64,000 bases of DNA from Escherichia coli. Lineage in GTDB: Bacteria > Pseudomonadota > Gammaproteobacteria > Enterobacterales > Enterobacteriaceae. A program made the position numbers and the translations under genes. This document shows positions 36,068 through 46,750 of this stretch, piece after piece (position 1 is the first letter of the stretch; each line of letters starts with the position of its first letter). Location: the NCBI RefSeq assembly GCF_003790525.1, contig NZ_CP033635.1. The stretch is one strand, 5' to 3'. The notes under the pieces were generated by a model. That model did no database searches, was not told the origin of the DNA, and worked only from the letters and a program-made list of their open reading frames with translations.

Positions 36068-37888
36068 CTACTCTCCCTGTTGTCTGGCTGACGGCAGTTT
36101 CGTCGCTTTGTTAACGTCATACCACCAGGTATCGATACCCAGGCTGTAAACAGGGCGTACAGCGGGGTGGGAGAATTTATCCCACCAGGCGAGACGGTCT
36201 TCCGCCATATACCACATTGGCAGCATGTAATAATTCCACGTTAATACGCGATCCAGTGCTCGCCCCAACGGCAGTAATTTTTCTTTATTTCCCTGCGCGG
36301 CAATAATTTGGTTGATCAGCGAGTCGATAACCGGGCTTTGCACGCCGGGGGCATTATAAGTGGAATTGATATATTCCGATGACCAGGAAATCTGTAAATC
36401 GGAACTGGGCCACGGCATCGCCCGCCATACGCGCGGCATCATGTCATAGTCGCGACTGCGCATGCGGTTGGTGATTTGAGAGTTATCCACCTTGCGAATA
36501 TCCATGTTGATACCCAGACGTTGCAGGCTGTGCTGGAACGGCAATACCCACTGACTATTACTGCTTGAGGGAAGCAATAATTCAAAGCTGAGTGGCTGAC
36601 CCGTTGTGGCATTAACGCGTTGCTGACCCTTCAGCACCCAGCCTGCTTCGTTAAGAAGTTTGTCGGCTTTTAACAGGTTGTCACGATCGTAGCCATCGCC
36701 TTTGGATACCGGCGGCTGGTAGATTTGCGTGAAGACTTCTGGCGGTAGATCTTTTTTCATTGGTGCCAGAAGCACCAGCTCCGCGGCGTCGGGGTAATTT
36801 CTGGCCGCGTATTCGGTATTCTGAAAATAACTGTTCGTGCGACTCCAGGCATTGTAAAACAACGCTTTGTTCATCCATTCAAAGTCAAAGGCGAGAGTGA
36901 TCGCTTCCCGCACCCGGCGATCGCTGAATACCGGACGTTGGATATTAAACGCCAGCCAGCGCGTATCCTGGGCTGATTCGTTCTTTTGCTCATCTTTGAT
37001 GATGTATTTTTTATCGAAATTTTTACCGGTATAGCGCGTGGCCCAGTTTTTGGCGTCGTTTTCCATACGCAAATCAAAGGCACCTGCTTTAAACGCTTCA
37101 AAGGCGACATTATCATCGAGGTAATAATCGTAGCGAATGGTGTCGAAATTCCAGCGTCCACGGTTTACCGGTAAGTTTGCTGCCCAGTAATCTTTTACGC
37201 GGGAATAGACAATATTTTGCCCCATTTTCCAGGACGTAATGCGGTACGGACCACTGGCAAGCGGAGGCGTGGCGAGCGGGTCGCTAAGTTTGTGATCTTT
37301 CCAGTACTTTTCTGGAAATACCGGCAGCGAAAACAGACTCAGCATATCTTCTTTGCCGGGTTTAGCTAACTCAATGCGCACGGTTAACGGCGCAATGGCT
37401 TTGACGGTGGTGCCTTTGTAGACCAGACGAAATTGCGGCACGCCTTCGGTCATAAATTTTTGAAAAGTAAACTCTACATCGCGGGCAGTAATGGGCGAAC
37501 CATCATGAAAACGGGCGCGCGGATTAATAGCGACCTCCACCCAGGAATAATCGTCAGCATAGCGTGCGCTTTCAGCAATCAGCGGGTAATAACTGCCTGG
37601 TTCGTCATCGGAAGTCGTAAATAGCGTGTCGTACAGCTGCTCGGTGCGTGCGCCCGGGTTGCCGCGTAGTGCATAGCGGTTGAAATTATCGAAGGTGCCG
37701 AGGGCGGACAACGTTATTTGCCCACCTTTTGGCGCGGCGGGGTTCACATAATCAAAATGGTTGAAATTAAATGCGTACCGGGGTTCGCCCAGTACGGCAA
37801 AGGCATAGCTTTCCTTGATAGCCTGCGCCTGCGCACCAAAGGTGAACAGAGCGATAAACAGCAGCAGTATGCGCACAATCATCTGCAA
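36068..37888 (-). CDS. yejA: Periplasmic substrate-binding protein YejA (family 5 SBP)
   Basis: 606-aa ORF with signal peptide ([18 protein letters not shown]); the true start may be 2 codons downstream at 37882. Confidence 0.92.
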
Positions 37889-37963
37889 CGGATTTCCTTT
37901 TACTCATCATTAGCCGCAATCCGGCATGCTTTCACTATGAATAATAAGGGACGTAAGCACACC

Positions 37964-39520
37964 TTACCACTGCGGCGTATACGGTTTCTTCAGCCAGCGA
38001 ACAAAATCGTCCAGCGGTAACGGGCGACTAATCCAGTAGCCTTGCATGAAATTAACGCCGCGTTCGCTTAGCCATCGTGCCTGTTCTGGCGTTTCGACCC
38101 CTTCAGCAACTGTCAGCATATTGAGACGTTTCGCCAGCGTCAGCACCGCGTCAAGTACGGGTGAAGTGATCGTTTCCGTACCGATGGCGTTGATAAATCC
38201 ACGATCAATTTTCAGATAATCGAGCGTAAAACGCTCAAGATAGATAAGCGCGCTGTGCCCGGTGCCGAAGTCATCAATAGCAATTTCTACGCCGACCGAA
38301 TGCAGCCAGGCGAAGAGTTGTGTGGCTTCTCGCTCTTTCAGCATATCGCGCTCGGTAATTTCCAGCACAATCTGGAAATGGTGTGCGGGCAGGGAAGTGA
38401 GCAGTTTCTGGATATCCGCTTTAAAGCTTTCGCTGTGCAAGTGGGCCGGCGCAATGTTAATGCCAAATTTGACGCCTACCGGCAGTACTTTTTCTAATTC
38501 TGCGGCATCGCGGGCAATCAACTCAAACAGGTGCTGAGTCAGTGGCACAATCATCTTTTGCGCTTCGGCAAAGTTAATGAAGGCATCCGGGGGGATTTCT
38601 CCTGCTACTGGATGCCGCCAGCGTAGCAGTACTTCCAGGCCCGTTACCCGCAAAGCTTGTGTATCAACCACCGGTTGATATACCACGTAAAATTGTTCGC
38701 GCTTGATGGCGGTCATGATTTCTCTGCCTGGGCGCATACGCACACTCATCAGGTAATAGCAGAGAAGTCCAACGAAAGTTCCACTCATGCCACCCAGTAA
38801 AAATGCGTACCACACATCGTTCCATGTCCAGTCATCCGCATAAAGCCGAACGGTCAGAGGAATGCCCGCAATTTTAGTTTCACGGACCGGCATGTCGGTT
38901 AATTCATTAACATTCATCAAACGTGAAGAAAAGGTAGATAGCGCAGTATTACCAATAATGAGGGCGAGGCCATCGTAATCTTCCTGCCGTGAACTATAAA
39001 AGAGTGAAGGCGTCAGGTTGAGATTCAGAGCGGCAAAGACGCCGCTATTTTTCAGCAAAGGGTTGCGATACCAGATGACGATTGCGGGTTTGTTCGGCAC
39101 CATCGGCGTACCGGGTAAGATCGCCATATCGACATTTTTATTAATGTCGAGCGCCGGAATCAATTCTTTTAGTGGAATGTCCATCTCACCAGTCGCAGAT
39201 GAACAGAATGTTTTTTTATCTTTCACCAGCACAAACGTACGGACATTCATGCTAAACGCCGCGCGAGCGGTCAGTTCGGGGTTAGCCTGCTGGCAGGTAT
39301 CTAAGGTCAGCGGCTGAAGCCGGTCAGTAGTGGATTTCAGGTCGGCAAAATAGGTATCGAGATACTTTTGTACGTCGGTAATCAGTGTGTCGTATTTGAC
39401 TTCGTGCTTATGCCAGGCCACTAAAAACTGAAGGCAGCTCACCAGTATCGCAATCATCACGCCTGCAACAATGCAGGTAAGCAGGAGCTTACGTCCAGAA
39501 TTGGGAGCGCGTATGAACAT
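37964..39520 (-). CDS. rtn: Membrane-anchored EAL-domain c-di-GMP phosphodiesterase Rtn (PdeN)
   Basis: 518-aa ORF; N-terminal TM/periplasmic sensor region and C-terminal EAL-type domain. Confidence 0.9.
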   Translation of the reverse strand: MFIRAPNSGRKLLLTCIVAGVMIAILVSCLQFLVAWHKHEVKYDTLITDVQKYLDTYFADLKSTTDRLQPLTLDTCQQANPELTARAAFSMNVRTFVLVKDKKTFCSSATGEMDIPLKELIPALDINKNVDMAILPGTPMVPNKPAIVIWYRNPLLKNSGVFAALNLNLTPSLFYSSRQEDYDGLALIIGNTALSTFSSRLMNVNELTDMPVRETKIAGIPLTVRLYADDWTWNDVWYAFLLGGMSGTFVGLLCYYLMSVRMRPGREIMTAIKREQFYVVYQPVVDTQALRVTGLEVLLRWRHPVAGEIPPDAFINFAEAQKMIVPLTQHLFELIARDAAELEKVLPVGVKFGINIAPAHLHSESFKADIQKLLTSLPAHHFQIVLEITERDMLKEREATQLFAWLHSVGVEIAIDDFGTGHSALIYLERFTLDYLKIDRGFINAIGTETITSPVLDAVLTLAKRLNMLTVAEGVETPEQARWLSERGVNFMQGYWISRPLPLDDFVRWLKKPYTPQW

Positions 39521-39622
39521 GATTCCGTTAATTTCCTGAAATTACGACAACATTTAAAAGATAACAATGACCGGACTATAGCCTGGATCAAGACGCGGAA
39601 ACATCATTTTCTCTGATGAATG

Positions 39623-39653
39623 AAAACAAAAAAGCACTGCCTAAGCAGTGCTT
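39623..39653 (-). terminator. Rho-independent terminator of mepS
   Basis: Hairpin agcactgc-ctaa-gcagtgct with a T-run on the minus strand, about 50 bp downstream of the mepS stop. Confidence 0.5.
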
Positions 39654-39700
39654 TCAGTTAACTCGTCAGGATAGCCAAGGGATTGCATCCAAACGGTTTA

Positions 39701-40267
39701 TTAGCTGCGGCTGAGAACCCGGCGTGCTTCGTTGTAACGCTTCTTCCAGTATGGTTCATTCATGCTGGAAATAATAACGCCACTGCTGGTGGAAGCATGG
39801 ACAAACTGGTTGTTGCCGATATAAATACCGACATGGCGTCCCGTTGAACCGGCACGGAACAGAACTAAATCACCCGTACGCAAATTACTGCGGGAAACAG
39901 ATTTACCCATTTCCTGCTGTTCATAAGTCGAACGCGGAAGTTCTAAGCCAAATTGCTCACGGAATGTACGCTGTACGAAACCAGAACAATCGATGCCTTT
40001 TTTAGTGCTGCCGCCCAGACGATAGCGTACGCCTTTCCAGTCAGCATACTGATCCATAATTCGCGATTTTACGTCGACATTACGAACCAGGTTTTCAAAT
40101 TCATCCTGAGAAGCTTGCAGTGATGATGTTTCACTACCCACTGCACGTGTCTCAGGATGCATATTCTTTGCGGTGTTATTTGCACTACATGCAGAAAGCA
40201 GAACCGCTACTGCAATCGCGGGGATCCCGCGCAAGATATATCTCAAAATCGGTTGAGATTTGACCAT
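39701..40267 (-). CDS. mepS: Peptidoglycan DD-endopeptidase/LD-carboxypeptidase MepS (Spr), NlpC/P60 lipoprotein
   Basis: 188-aa ORF; lipobox LLSAC; NlpC/P60 catalytic Cys in DCSGFV. Confidence 0.94.
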
Positions 40268-40678
40268 GTTGTTTGTTTTCCCTTGAAGTCCTTAACGACA
40301 AATATCGTTATAAAAAAATGCCAAGCGACACGAGACTAATTACCTGGGCATGTTGAAACAATTCCTTAAGGCCAAATCTGTGGACTAACGCACAAAATTA
40401 TATGCTGTGAGGATAATCTACCGCCGAGGCAAAACGAGTTCGAGATTACCCGATTGGTGCGGTCTTGGCGAGCGGTTTTACATGATTTTTTATAAGAAAA
40501 AGTGATACAGAAAGTTAATAAGCGGGATTGGTCAATTAAAGTACGATTGAGTGAAACGCATGCAATACATTCATTTACTTAGAGAATGATTTTTGCGTTC
40601 GATAGATGAAAGCACGGTGCGCATCATCAGGATTATCCTCACTATAAAAATAACCCTGATGATGTTAATTACTGTGAG

Positions 40679-41392
40679 TTATTTGTTTTGGAAATGTTTG
40701 TTTTTTCCCGGTAGTGATTTGTCAAAAAAGGTGATTAATCGATCACTTAATGGCGTCAGCAACACCCAGGGCAAACCGATCAATATCACGGTCATCGAAC
40801 CAACAATGATGTCAGTAAACCAGTGTGCGCCAATCATTACTCTGGGAAATGCAAAAACCACAAAAATAATAAGGGCGATAAGGCCTGCAACTTTGCCGAA
40901 ATAACGCCACATGAATGCCGAAAAAATAAGCAGCATCATACCGTGATCGCCGGGAAAGCTATCTCGTGAGGCATCTTTCGTGGGAACAGAGAGCAGTTCG
41001 CTGACGCGGTTAATATCGGTAAAAGTCAATGTTGGGCTGGCCCGTTTTACAGGAATTAATGCCTGACCCAGCTGGTTTAATACTACTGCAGTTAATAGCA
41101 TGACCAGACCAATAATCACGATACGTCGTCTGCCAGGGGCGTTTTCTTTCAGCCAGAAACTCAGCATCAACATACCCATCGCCAGCAGTGAACAACCGTC
41201 GAAGGCGCGATTGTTGGTCAATGCAACCAGCCACAAAAAGGCCTTACTTTCGACCAGTTTCTGATTAAAGAAATAAAAAATATCCGCATCAATCGGCAAC
41301 CAGAATCCATGATTAACGGGAATATACCAGGAAAGAAACAGCGCGAGGCCGACAATATTCAACAACACTATTTGCGGCAAATTTTTAATCAT
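40679..41392 (-). CDS. lpxT: Lipid A 1-diphosphate synthase LpxT (PAP2 family)
   Basis: ORF 40679..41428 trimmed to MIKNLPQIVLLNIVG (237 aa); polytopic PAP2 phosphatase-like. Confidence 0.92.
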   Translation of the reverse strand: MIKNLPQIVLLNIVGLALFLSWYIPVNHGFWLPIDADIFYFFNQKLVESKAFLWLVALTNNRAFDGCSLLAMGMLMLSFWLKENAPGRRRIVIIGLVMLLTAVVLNQLGQALIPVKRASPTLTFTDINRVSELLSVPTKDASRDSFPGDHGMMLLIFSAFMWRYFGKVAGLIALIIFVVFAFPRVMIGAHWFTDIIVGSMTVILIGLPWVLLTPLSDRLITFFDKSLPGKNKHFQNK

Positions 41393-41430
41393 ATTTTCTC
41401 TAATTATCTTACTGAAAAACGCAGGCAACC

Positions 41431-42417
41431 TTACGCGGTAGTCGCTAAACGAAGCTTCAACAGCGCGCTCTGCAAGGCATTCCAGTCAGCTTCGCTGCTG
41501 GAAATCAGCTCAATACGGCTGTCCGGTGGCGCAACGTTTTGCGTTTCAATGTGCAGGTCATCGCCCTGACGGTTGATTCGCACCAGCCCTTCGGGAATAC
41601 GCAGCACGCCTTTGACGCGTTCTACCGGTGCAAGTCGCGCCCATTCCAGAATGCCAATGGTGTCGAATACCGTATCAGCGTCGAATATCCAGCCGCAGGC
41701 CTGATATCCTTGCCCGCTGTTCAGACTGCGACGCCAGCGTTGATGCTCTGGCAGGCTTAACGCTGCTAACCCTTTTTTCACGACATGCTGATGAGAATGC
41801 GCGGCGCTGGCGGGCAACTCGGCTAAATTGCGACGCGGCAAATCCAGAAGATGACCGTCAACTTTCCCATGCGCGCTGTGAATTAATTGCCGATCGCCAC
41901 CATTTTGCTGCCACCAGCGCTGTAGCGCTTGCTCACTTTCGGGCGTCGCACGGTCGGATTTATTGGCGACAATAATGTCTGCGGCAGCCAGCTGGTCACG
42001 GAAGTTTTCATTGCTGGCGCTTTTTTCGTCCAGCAGCAGGCGTGGATCGAGAATGCACAACGTGGCGCGCAGATCTATCCACGGTTCATACACGGGCGCG
42101 GTTAAGAGATCGAGGATCTGTTTCGGATGGCCCAGCCCGGTCGGCTCTATCAACAAGCGGTCTGGTTTTCCCTGACGCAGTAAGGTATTCAACCCTACCT
42201 GCATGGGTAAACCATTAACGCAGCACATACAGCCGCCGGGGATCTCTTTCAACAATGCGCCGCTATCGGCGAGCAAAGCACCATCAATTCCGACTTCCCC
42301 AAATTCATTAACCAGTACCGCCCATTTTTCGTTGGGATCTTTATGGGCTAACAGATGAAGAATCGACGTAGTTTTCCCGCTGCCGAGAAAACCGGTGATG
42401 AGGTTGGTTCTGGTCAC
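41431..42417 (-). CDS. yeiR: Zinc-binding GTPase YeiR (CobW/COG0523 family)
   Basis: 328-aa ORF; P-loop GFLGSGKTT and CxCC motif (GGCMCCVNG). Confidence 0.92.
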   Translation of the reverse strand: MTRTNLITGFLGSGKTTSILHLLAHKDPNEKWAVLVNEFGEVGIDGALLADSGALLKEIPGGCMCCVNGLPMQVGLNTLLRQGKPDRLLIEPTGLGHPKQILDLLTAPVYEPWIDLRATLCILDPRLLLDEKSASNENFRDQLAAADIIVANKSDRATPESEQALQRWWQQNGGDRQLIHSAHGKVDGHLLDLPRRNLAELPASAAHSHQHVVKKGLAALSLPEHQRWRRSLNSGQGYQACGWIFDADTVFDTIGILEWARLAPVERVKGVLRIPEGLVRINRQGDDLHIETQNVAPPDSRIELISSSEADWNALQSALLKLRLATTA

Positions 42418-42534
42418 AACGGCTCCGCAATACTCTTAAAAGTTAACTGAGCGTTAATCCTGGCTAAAAAAGGCAGAAAAGAGAAGGGGAGAGCGGACGA
42501 AGGCGAGCTTCATCCGCTTTAACCGCAGAAATCG

Positions 42535-44001
42535 TTAAATTTTGAGGGTGTTTAATAGCGCTTGATGCGCGCCGAATTGTGCGATTTGTTGCCAGGCTTG
42601 TTCGATTGCCTGCACAAAATGCGGGTTATCTGGCAGATCATCACTGAAAACTTCACGCAGAGAAAGCAGGGCGGTTACGCGTTGTTCACTGTTACTGCCC
42701 GCAACAAGTTCGCAAATTTTATCGCTAAGCGGATCGCGAACATCAATGGCATTTCCGGCATCATCAACGCCGCTGACGTAACGCATCCAGCCTGCAACGC
42801 CTAATGCCAGCAACGACCAGTCCGTTTCGCGCGCCAGATGTATGCGAATACCTGCCAGCATACGTTGCGGTAATTTCTGGCTGCCATCCATCGCGATTTG
42901 CCAGGTCTTATGTTTCAGCGCCGGGTTAGCAAAACGTGCAATTAACTTATCCGCATATTGTGTTAAATCGAAATCTTTAATCCGCAGTGTCGGCGCTTGC
43001 TCATCCAGCATTAATGTTCTGGCGGCATGGCGAAATGCGCGATCCTGCATGCAATCACTGATATGGGCGAATCCTGAGAGGTAACCCAGATAAGCGAGAA
43101 AAGAGTGGCTGCCATTAAGCATACGCAGTTTCATCTCTTCCCATGGCAGGACATCATTCACCATTTGTACACCTGCGACTTCCCAGGCAGGACGCCCAGC
43201 GACGAAGTTATCTTCCACCACCCACTGGATAAACGGTTCGCAGCTAATCGCACAGGGATCATTCACCCCCAGATGCTGGCTGATTTCCGCCAGTGATTCG
43301 TCGGTTGCTGCCGGAACAATACGGTCGACCATGGTTCCCGGAAAACTGACGTGTTCTTTTATCCACCCGGCGAGTTCTGGTGAACGTTTTTCCGCCATCC
43401 CCAGCACCGCGTTTTTCACCAAATGGCCATTGTCGGGAATATTGTCGCAGGAGAGTACGGTAAACGGTGCAAGGCCGCGTTCACGGCGTCGTTTCAGTGC
43501 TTCGACGAGAATACCCGGCGCGGAGTGAGGTTCTTCAGGATTTTGAAGATCGTGAATAATCCGCGGATTGCTGGTGTCGAGTGCACCGGTGGCCGGGTCA
43601 ATACAATAGCCTTTTTCGGTAATCGTCAGGGAAACAATTGCCACCTGTGGCTCGCAAAATTTCTCAATAATTGCCGCTAAGGAATCCAGTTTTGCATTCA
43701 GGCAGTCGTGAACGGCACCGACAATTATCGCCTGATTGCCGTCCGCACCTTTCTCCAGCACGGTATATAAATGGTTCTGTGCGCGGAGCTGGCTCATCAG
43801 TTGATCGCCGCTGAACAAGCTGATCTCACAGATCCCCCAGTCGCCGCCCTGGGCATTCAGCACACGATCGGTCAGTAACGCCTGATGAGCGCGGTGAAAG
43901 GCTCCAAAGCCAAAATGAACGATACGTGATTGCAACTGCTGGCGATCGTAGCGTGGAGCGTGTACATGATGCGGGAGCGTAACGGAGGCGATTGTATTCA
44001 T
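42535..44001 (-). CDS. yeiQ: Putative NAD-dependent polyol dehydrogenase YeiQ (mannitol dehydrogenase family)
   Basis: ORF 42535..44010; Rossmann-type N-terminus (HFGFGAFHRAHQALL); start trimmed to MNTIAS. Confidence 0.9.
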   Translation of the reverse strand: MNTIASVTLPHHVHAPRYDRQQLQSRIVHFGFGAFHRAHQALLTDRVLNAQGGDWGICEISLFSGDQLMSQLRAQNHLYTVLEKGADGNQAIIVGAVHDCLNAKLDSLAAIIEKFCEPQVAIVSLTITEKGYCIDPATGALDTSNPRIIHDLQNPEEPHSAPGILVEALKRRRERGLAPFTVLSCDNIPDNGHLVKNAVLGMAEKRSPELAGWIKEHVSFPGTMVDRIVPAATDESLAEISQHLGVNDPCAISCEPFIQWVVEDNFVAGRPAWEVAGVQMVNDVLPWEEMKLRMLNGSHSFLAYLGYLSGFAHISDCMQDRAFRHAARTLMLDEQAPTLRIKDFDLTQYADKLIARFANPALKHKTWQIAMDGSQKLPQRMLAGIRIHLARETDWSLLALGVAGWMRYVSGVDDAGNAIDVRDPLSDKICELVAGSNSEQRVTALLSLREVFSDDLPDNPHFVQAIEQAWQQIAQFGAHQALLNTLKI

Positions 44002-44173
44002 AGGAGTCACGTCTTAGTAACGATTAATTAACAATGACAGTGTAAAGTTATATGACAGCAATTGAAATTGGTCTGGATTGTTAATGCGATGAAGTGTGAG
44101 GGCGATCAATCAACGAGTGAAAATTGCGGGCGTAAGGTGTTCAGGAAGCGCAAAATAGAAGATTGGTATAATA

Positions 44174-44205
44174 AATTAAAAAAGGGACAGCCTGAGCTAT
44201 CCCTT
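44174..44205 (-). terminator. Rho-independent terminator of yeiP
   Basis: Hairpin gggatagctcaggctgtccc followed by TTTTTT on the minus strand, just downstream of the yeiP stop. Confidence 0.5.
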
Positions 44206-44223
44206 TTCTGCATGCGGCTGAAG

Positions 44224-44796
44224 TTAGTCAGCACGACCCATATAACGGCGTTCTTCGATATGGATACGAATTTTTTCGCCCGGGCTTAAGTATTCTGGTA
44301 CCTGAATCACCAGACCAGTGCTCAATGTCGCCGGTTTGTTACGGGCGCTGGCAGATGCCCCTTTGATGCCAGGTGCGGTTTCAACGATTTCCAGATCAAC
44401 GGTCTGCGGTAGCTCAAGCGCCAGCAGTTGACCGTCCCAGGTCAGCACCTGCATGTCCGGCATGCCGCCCTCAGGCATAAACAGCAACTCTTCTTCAATC
44501 TGATCTTTGGTGAAGGTATACGGGGTATAGTCTTCTTTATCCATAAAGACATATTCGTTGCCATCGACATAGGAGAAGTCAACGTAACGGCGGGTCAGCG
44601 TCACGGTGTCAACGATATCATCACCTTTGAAACGCTCTTCTACTTTCAGCCCGGTACGGACATCAGAAAAACGCATTTTGTACAGCGTAGCGGCACCGCG
44701 GGCAGTGGGCGACTGAATATCAATATCCTTAACCAGCAGCAGTTTGCCGTTGTAATTCAGTACCATACCTTTTTTAATTTCGTTCGCTCTTGGCAT
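44224..44796 (-). CDS. yeiP: Elongation factor P-like protein YeiP (EfpL)
   Basis: ORF 44224..45051 trimmed to [20 protein letters not shown] (190 aa); EF-P fold paralog. Confidence 0.93.
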
Positions 44797-44950
44797 CGAA
44801 AAATTCCTGTAGTCGAAAATGTCAAAAATATCGCGACAAAGTACTCGCGACGGGCCTTTCGGGCAAGTGGTATTCGCACTTTTGCTGGTGCAAAAAAGGT
44901 GGTACTGTGCGCGCTCATCAATCCGGTGGTTAACCTTAAGAGAACAACGT

Positions 44951-45205
44951 ATGGAATGCCGTCCGGGTTGCGGGGCGTGTTGCACTGCCCCTTCAATTTC
45001 CAGCCCTATTCCCGGTATGCCAGATGGCAAGCCCGCCAATACGCCCTGCATTCAGCTTGATGAACAGCAACGCTGTAAAATTTTCACCTCGCCACTGCGG
45101 CCGAAAGTCTGTGCAGGCTTACAAGCCAGCGCTGAAATGTGCGGTAACTCGCGTCAGCAGGCAATGACCTGGCTTATCGATCTGGAAATGCTGACCGCGC
45201 CTTAA
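44951..45205 (+). CDS. yeiW: Small cysteine-rich protein YeiW (UPF0153 family)
   Basis: ORF 44819..45205 trimmed to [14 protein letters not shown] (84 aa); Cys cluster CxxxCxxCC; divergent from yeiP. Confidence 0.85.
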
Positions 45206-46383
45206 ACATCTTTAATCCGCAGTAAGCAAAACAGAGTGGCGATAATCATCACCATCGCAAACCAGAACACAGCGTGATAATTCCAGATCTCGGCGACGAT
45301 GCCCGCCACAGATCCTGCGATGATCCAGCCCACGCGCGACGTGTTGGTATAGAGCGTGGTGGCTGAACCTGCCTGACCGGGCATCAAATCCTGAAAATAA
45401 AGCATCCCGATGCCGCCCAGAATGCCAATAAAAATAGCATTTAGCAGCTGCAAGCCCAACAGAATGGCAGGTGAATGCGCCATCAGCATTCCTGCGTAAA
45501 AACAGACGCCACCCACGGCAGCAACGCGCATTAAGAAACGCTTACCCAGACGTTTGGCAAAATATCCGGCAATCAACATGGTCGGGATTTCCAGCCCGGC
45601 GGCGGTCCCCATCATCACGCCTGCCAGTTTCTCGGGAAGATGCAGTTCGTTGATAATAAATAGCGGCATGTTGATGATGTACAGGCTGTTCGAGCCCCAC
45701 ATCAATGTACAAATGACAAACAGCAGCAGCGTATCGCGACGGTTACGGCGCGGCGCTTCAACCGTGCCGGTCGCCAGCGGAAGCTCTTTTTGCATCGACG
45801 GTAAAAACAGCCACACCATCACGCCGCAAACAATAAACGCTACCGCTGCGCTCAGATACATTACCGTAAAGCTGAAACCCATCGCTAAGGCATAAGCCAG
45901 CGGCGGGCCAATGACCCATGCCAGTGAAACCTGAGCGCGTAAAAAAGAGCTGAACATCACCGCCTCACGTCCGGTTTTGTCGGCATGTTCACGTGCAAGG
46001 GCAAACATTTGCGGGTTAGCGGTCGAGCCAAAGCTGCTAAGAAAGACGCCAACGAATAACAAAACAAAGTAGTTGCGATTCCAGGCAAAAAGGGTGCAGG
46101 CCAGCACGCCTAACAGGCAGCAAAAGACAATCAGCGATTTGCGATCGCCGCGCTTATCAGAGCGCCCGGCGAGAAACTGACTGACCAGAATCCCAATGAC
46201 AGCGCTGCCGGTAAAGAAGAATCCCACCATCGCCGGACGGGCATGTACTTCATCGGTAAGGAAAATACTGAGTGTCGGGGTTTGCAAAGCGCCCGCAATA
46301 CCGGTGAGAAAGGCAACGATTAAAAACGCCGTCGAGGTCAGATCAAACGATTTCGCGCTGGAGACTGCGGGGGAGTTATGCAT
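45202..46383 (-). CDS. setB: MFS sugar efflux transporter SetB
   Basis: 393-aa 12-TM ORF. Confidence 0.92.
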
Positions 46384-46650
46384 GCTGGTCGATCACTGGA
46401 AGAGGAAGACGCGGAGTTTACGCTGCTTGTTAGAAAATAAACAGACAGCGAAATCAAAAGCGCCACGAATAATCAAAATGCCATTTCACTGTTGCTGATT
46501 GGCTGCTGACGCTGCTGAAATGAAATTGCTGATAACGGATTTTCCCATCAGCAATTAGGAAAAATGACAAAAAATTGTGCAGCACATCAAACTTTTGCTC
46601 ATTAGTTTGCGGCTTTCCTTGCGTGCTGAAACAGAAGTATTATGCTTTCT

Positions 46651-46736
46651 TGAAACGTTTCAGCGCGATCTTGTCTTTAACCCTAAGCCAGGTTGGCGCT
46701 TTTTTTCTCATAGAGGCTGAATCGTTTCAATTCAGC
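46651..46736 (+). promoter_or_regulatory. fruBKA promoter region with two Cra (FruR) operators
   Basis: TGAAACGTTTCAGC at about 46651..46664 and GCTGAATCGTTTCAATTCAGC at about 46716..46736; both match the Cra palindromic consensus by eye. Confidence 0.7.
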
Positions 46737-46750
46737 AAGAGAGGAGAACT

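Noticed and set aside
40593-40904. 103-aa plus-strand ORF in the mepS-lpxT spacer
   Set aside because: Runs antisense into the lpxT 3' end and begins within the palindromic element; hydrophobic low-complexity translation; most likely spurious.
44428-45060. 210-aa plus-strand ORF
   Set aside because: Antisense to yeiP and overlapping the real yeiW start; yeiP and yeiW account for the region.
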